A stretch of DNA of 61,764 bases from Clostridiales bacterium (lineage in GTDB: Bacteria; Bacillota; Clostridia; TANB77; CAG-508), in the NCBI GenBank assembly GCA_004553715.1, contig SFKP01000006.1, forward strand, positions 1-61,764, in the 5' to 3' direction. Of this stretch, positions 61,650 to 61,764 are shown one piece after another; the stretch's first letter is position 1, and every line of letters begins with the position of its first letter. Both the position numbers and the translations under genes were made by a program. A model generated the notes under the pieces. The model saw nothing but the letters and a program-made list of their open reading frames with translations, did not search any database and was not told the DNA's origin.

Positions 61650-61764
61650 CTATTGCTTTTTTATTTTTGGTTTTGAAATTAAAGATGCTATATATCCAAA
61701 GAATACAGCTGCAGCGATACCTCTTGCAGCAGCTGCAGTTCCTCCTGTAAAGGCACCAATAAAA
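61650..61764 (-). CDS. 3-prime end of a small hydrophobic protein gene running off the window (partial)
   Basis: The reverse strand reads ...FIGAFTGGTAAAARGIAAAVFFGYIASLISKPKIKKQ*. It is only 37 codons, so support is weak. Confidence 0.3.
   Translation of the reverse strand, partial: FIGAFTGGTAAAARGIAAAVFFGYIASLISKPKIKKQ

Noticed and set aside
34253-61764. Interpreting the island as a prophage or a complete ICE
   Set aside because: I could not recognise any integrase, recombinase, terminase, capsid, portal, tail, relaxase, VirB4/VirD4-like or replication gene. Only parAB hint at an MGE origin, and the right boundary is not in the window.

Overview
AT-rich, low-GC Firmicutes (Clostridia-like) chromosomal window. 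All calls come from reading the sequence and the ORF track; no searches or HMMs were run. (1) 1-26.5 kb is housekeeping: Thr T-box + thrS, rpoB-rpoC, prs, rpsU, a decayed M15 peptidase gene, rplI-dnaB-tilS-ftsH, a trimeric HydCBA-type [FeFe] hydrogenase, M18 aminopeptidase, guaA, a PBP5-type DD-carboxypeptidase, and tRNA-Cys/tRNA-Gly. Five copies of a ~140-bp MITE with terminal inverted repeats and 8-bp target-site duplications sit in the intergenic gaps. (2) 27-34 kb holds a 1554-aa five-module surface adhesin bracketed by two MITE copies, then a membrane Ig-like protein and a receiver-GGDEF (GGDDF) protein. (3) From ~34.25 kb, where a CwlD-like amidase gene is cut off after its DAGH motif, to the end of the window lies an accessory island of more than 27 kb. 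It carries MGE-type parA/parB, several frameshifted genes (parB, a pilin-like gene, a CYTH gene) and a ~2640-aa GLUG/beta-helix giant protein. Its main content is a dense cluster of five SipW/Sec11-type signal-peptidase paralogues (two lacking the catalytic Ser and His), seven TasA/camelysin-like secreted subunits in about three subfamilies, and a membrane-anchored McrB-like AAA+ protein with a nuclease-less McrC/DUF2357-like partner inside the same operon. I consider this multi-peptidase, multi-subunit TasA-like fibre locus with its AAA+ module the best candidate for a previously undescribed system. No integrase, transposase, rRNA or CRISPR array was seen.
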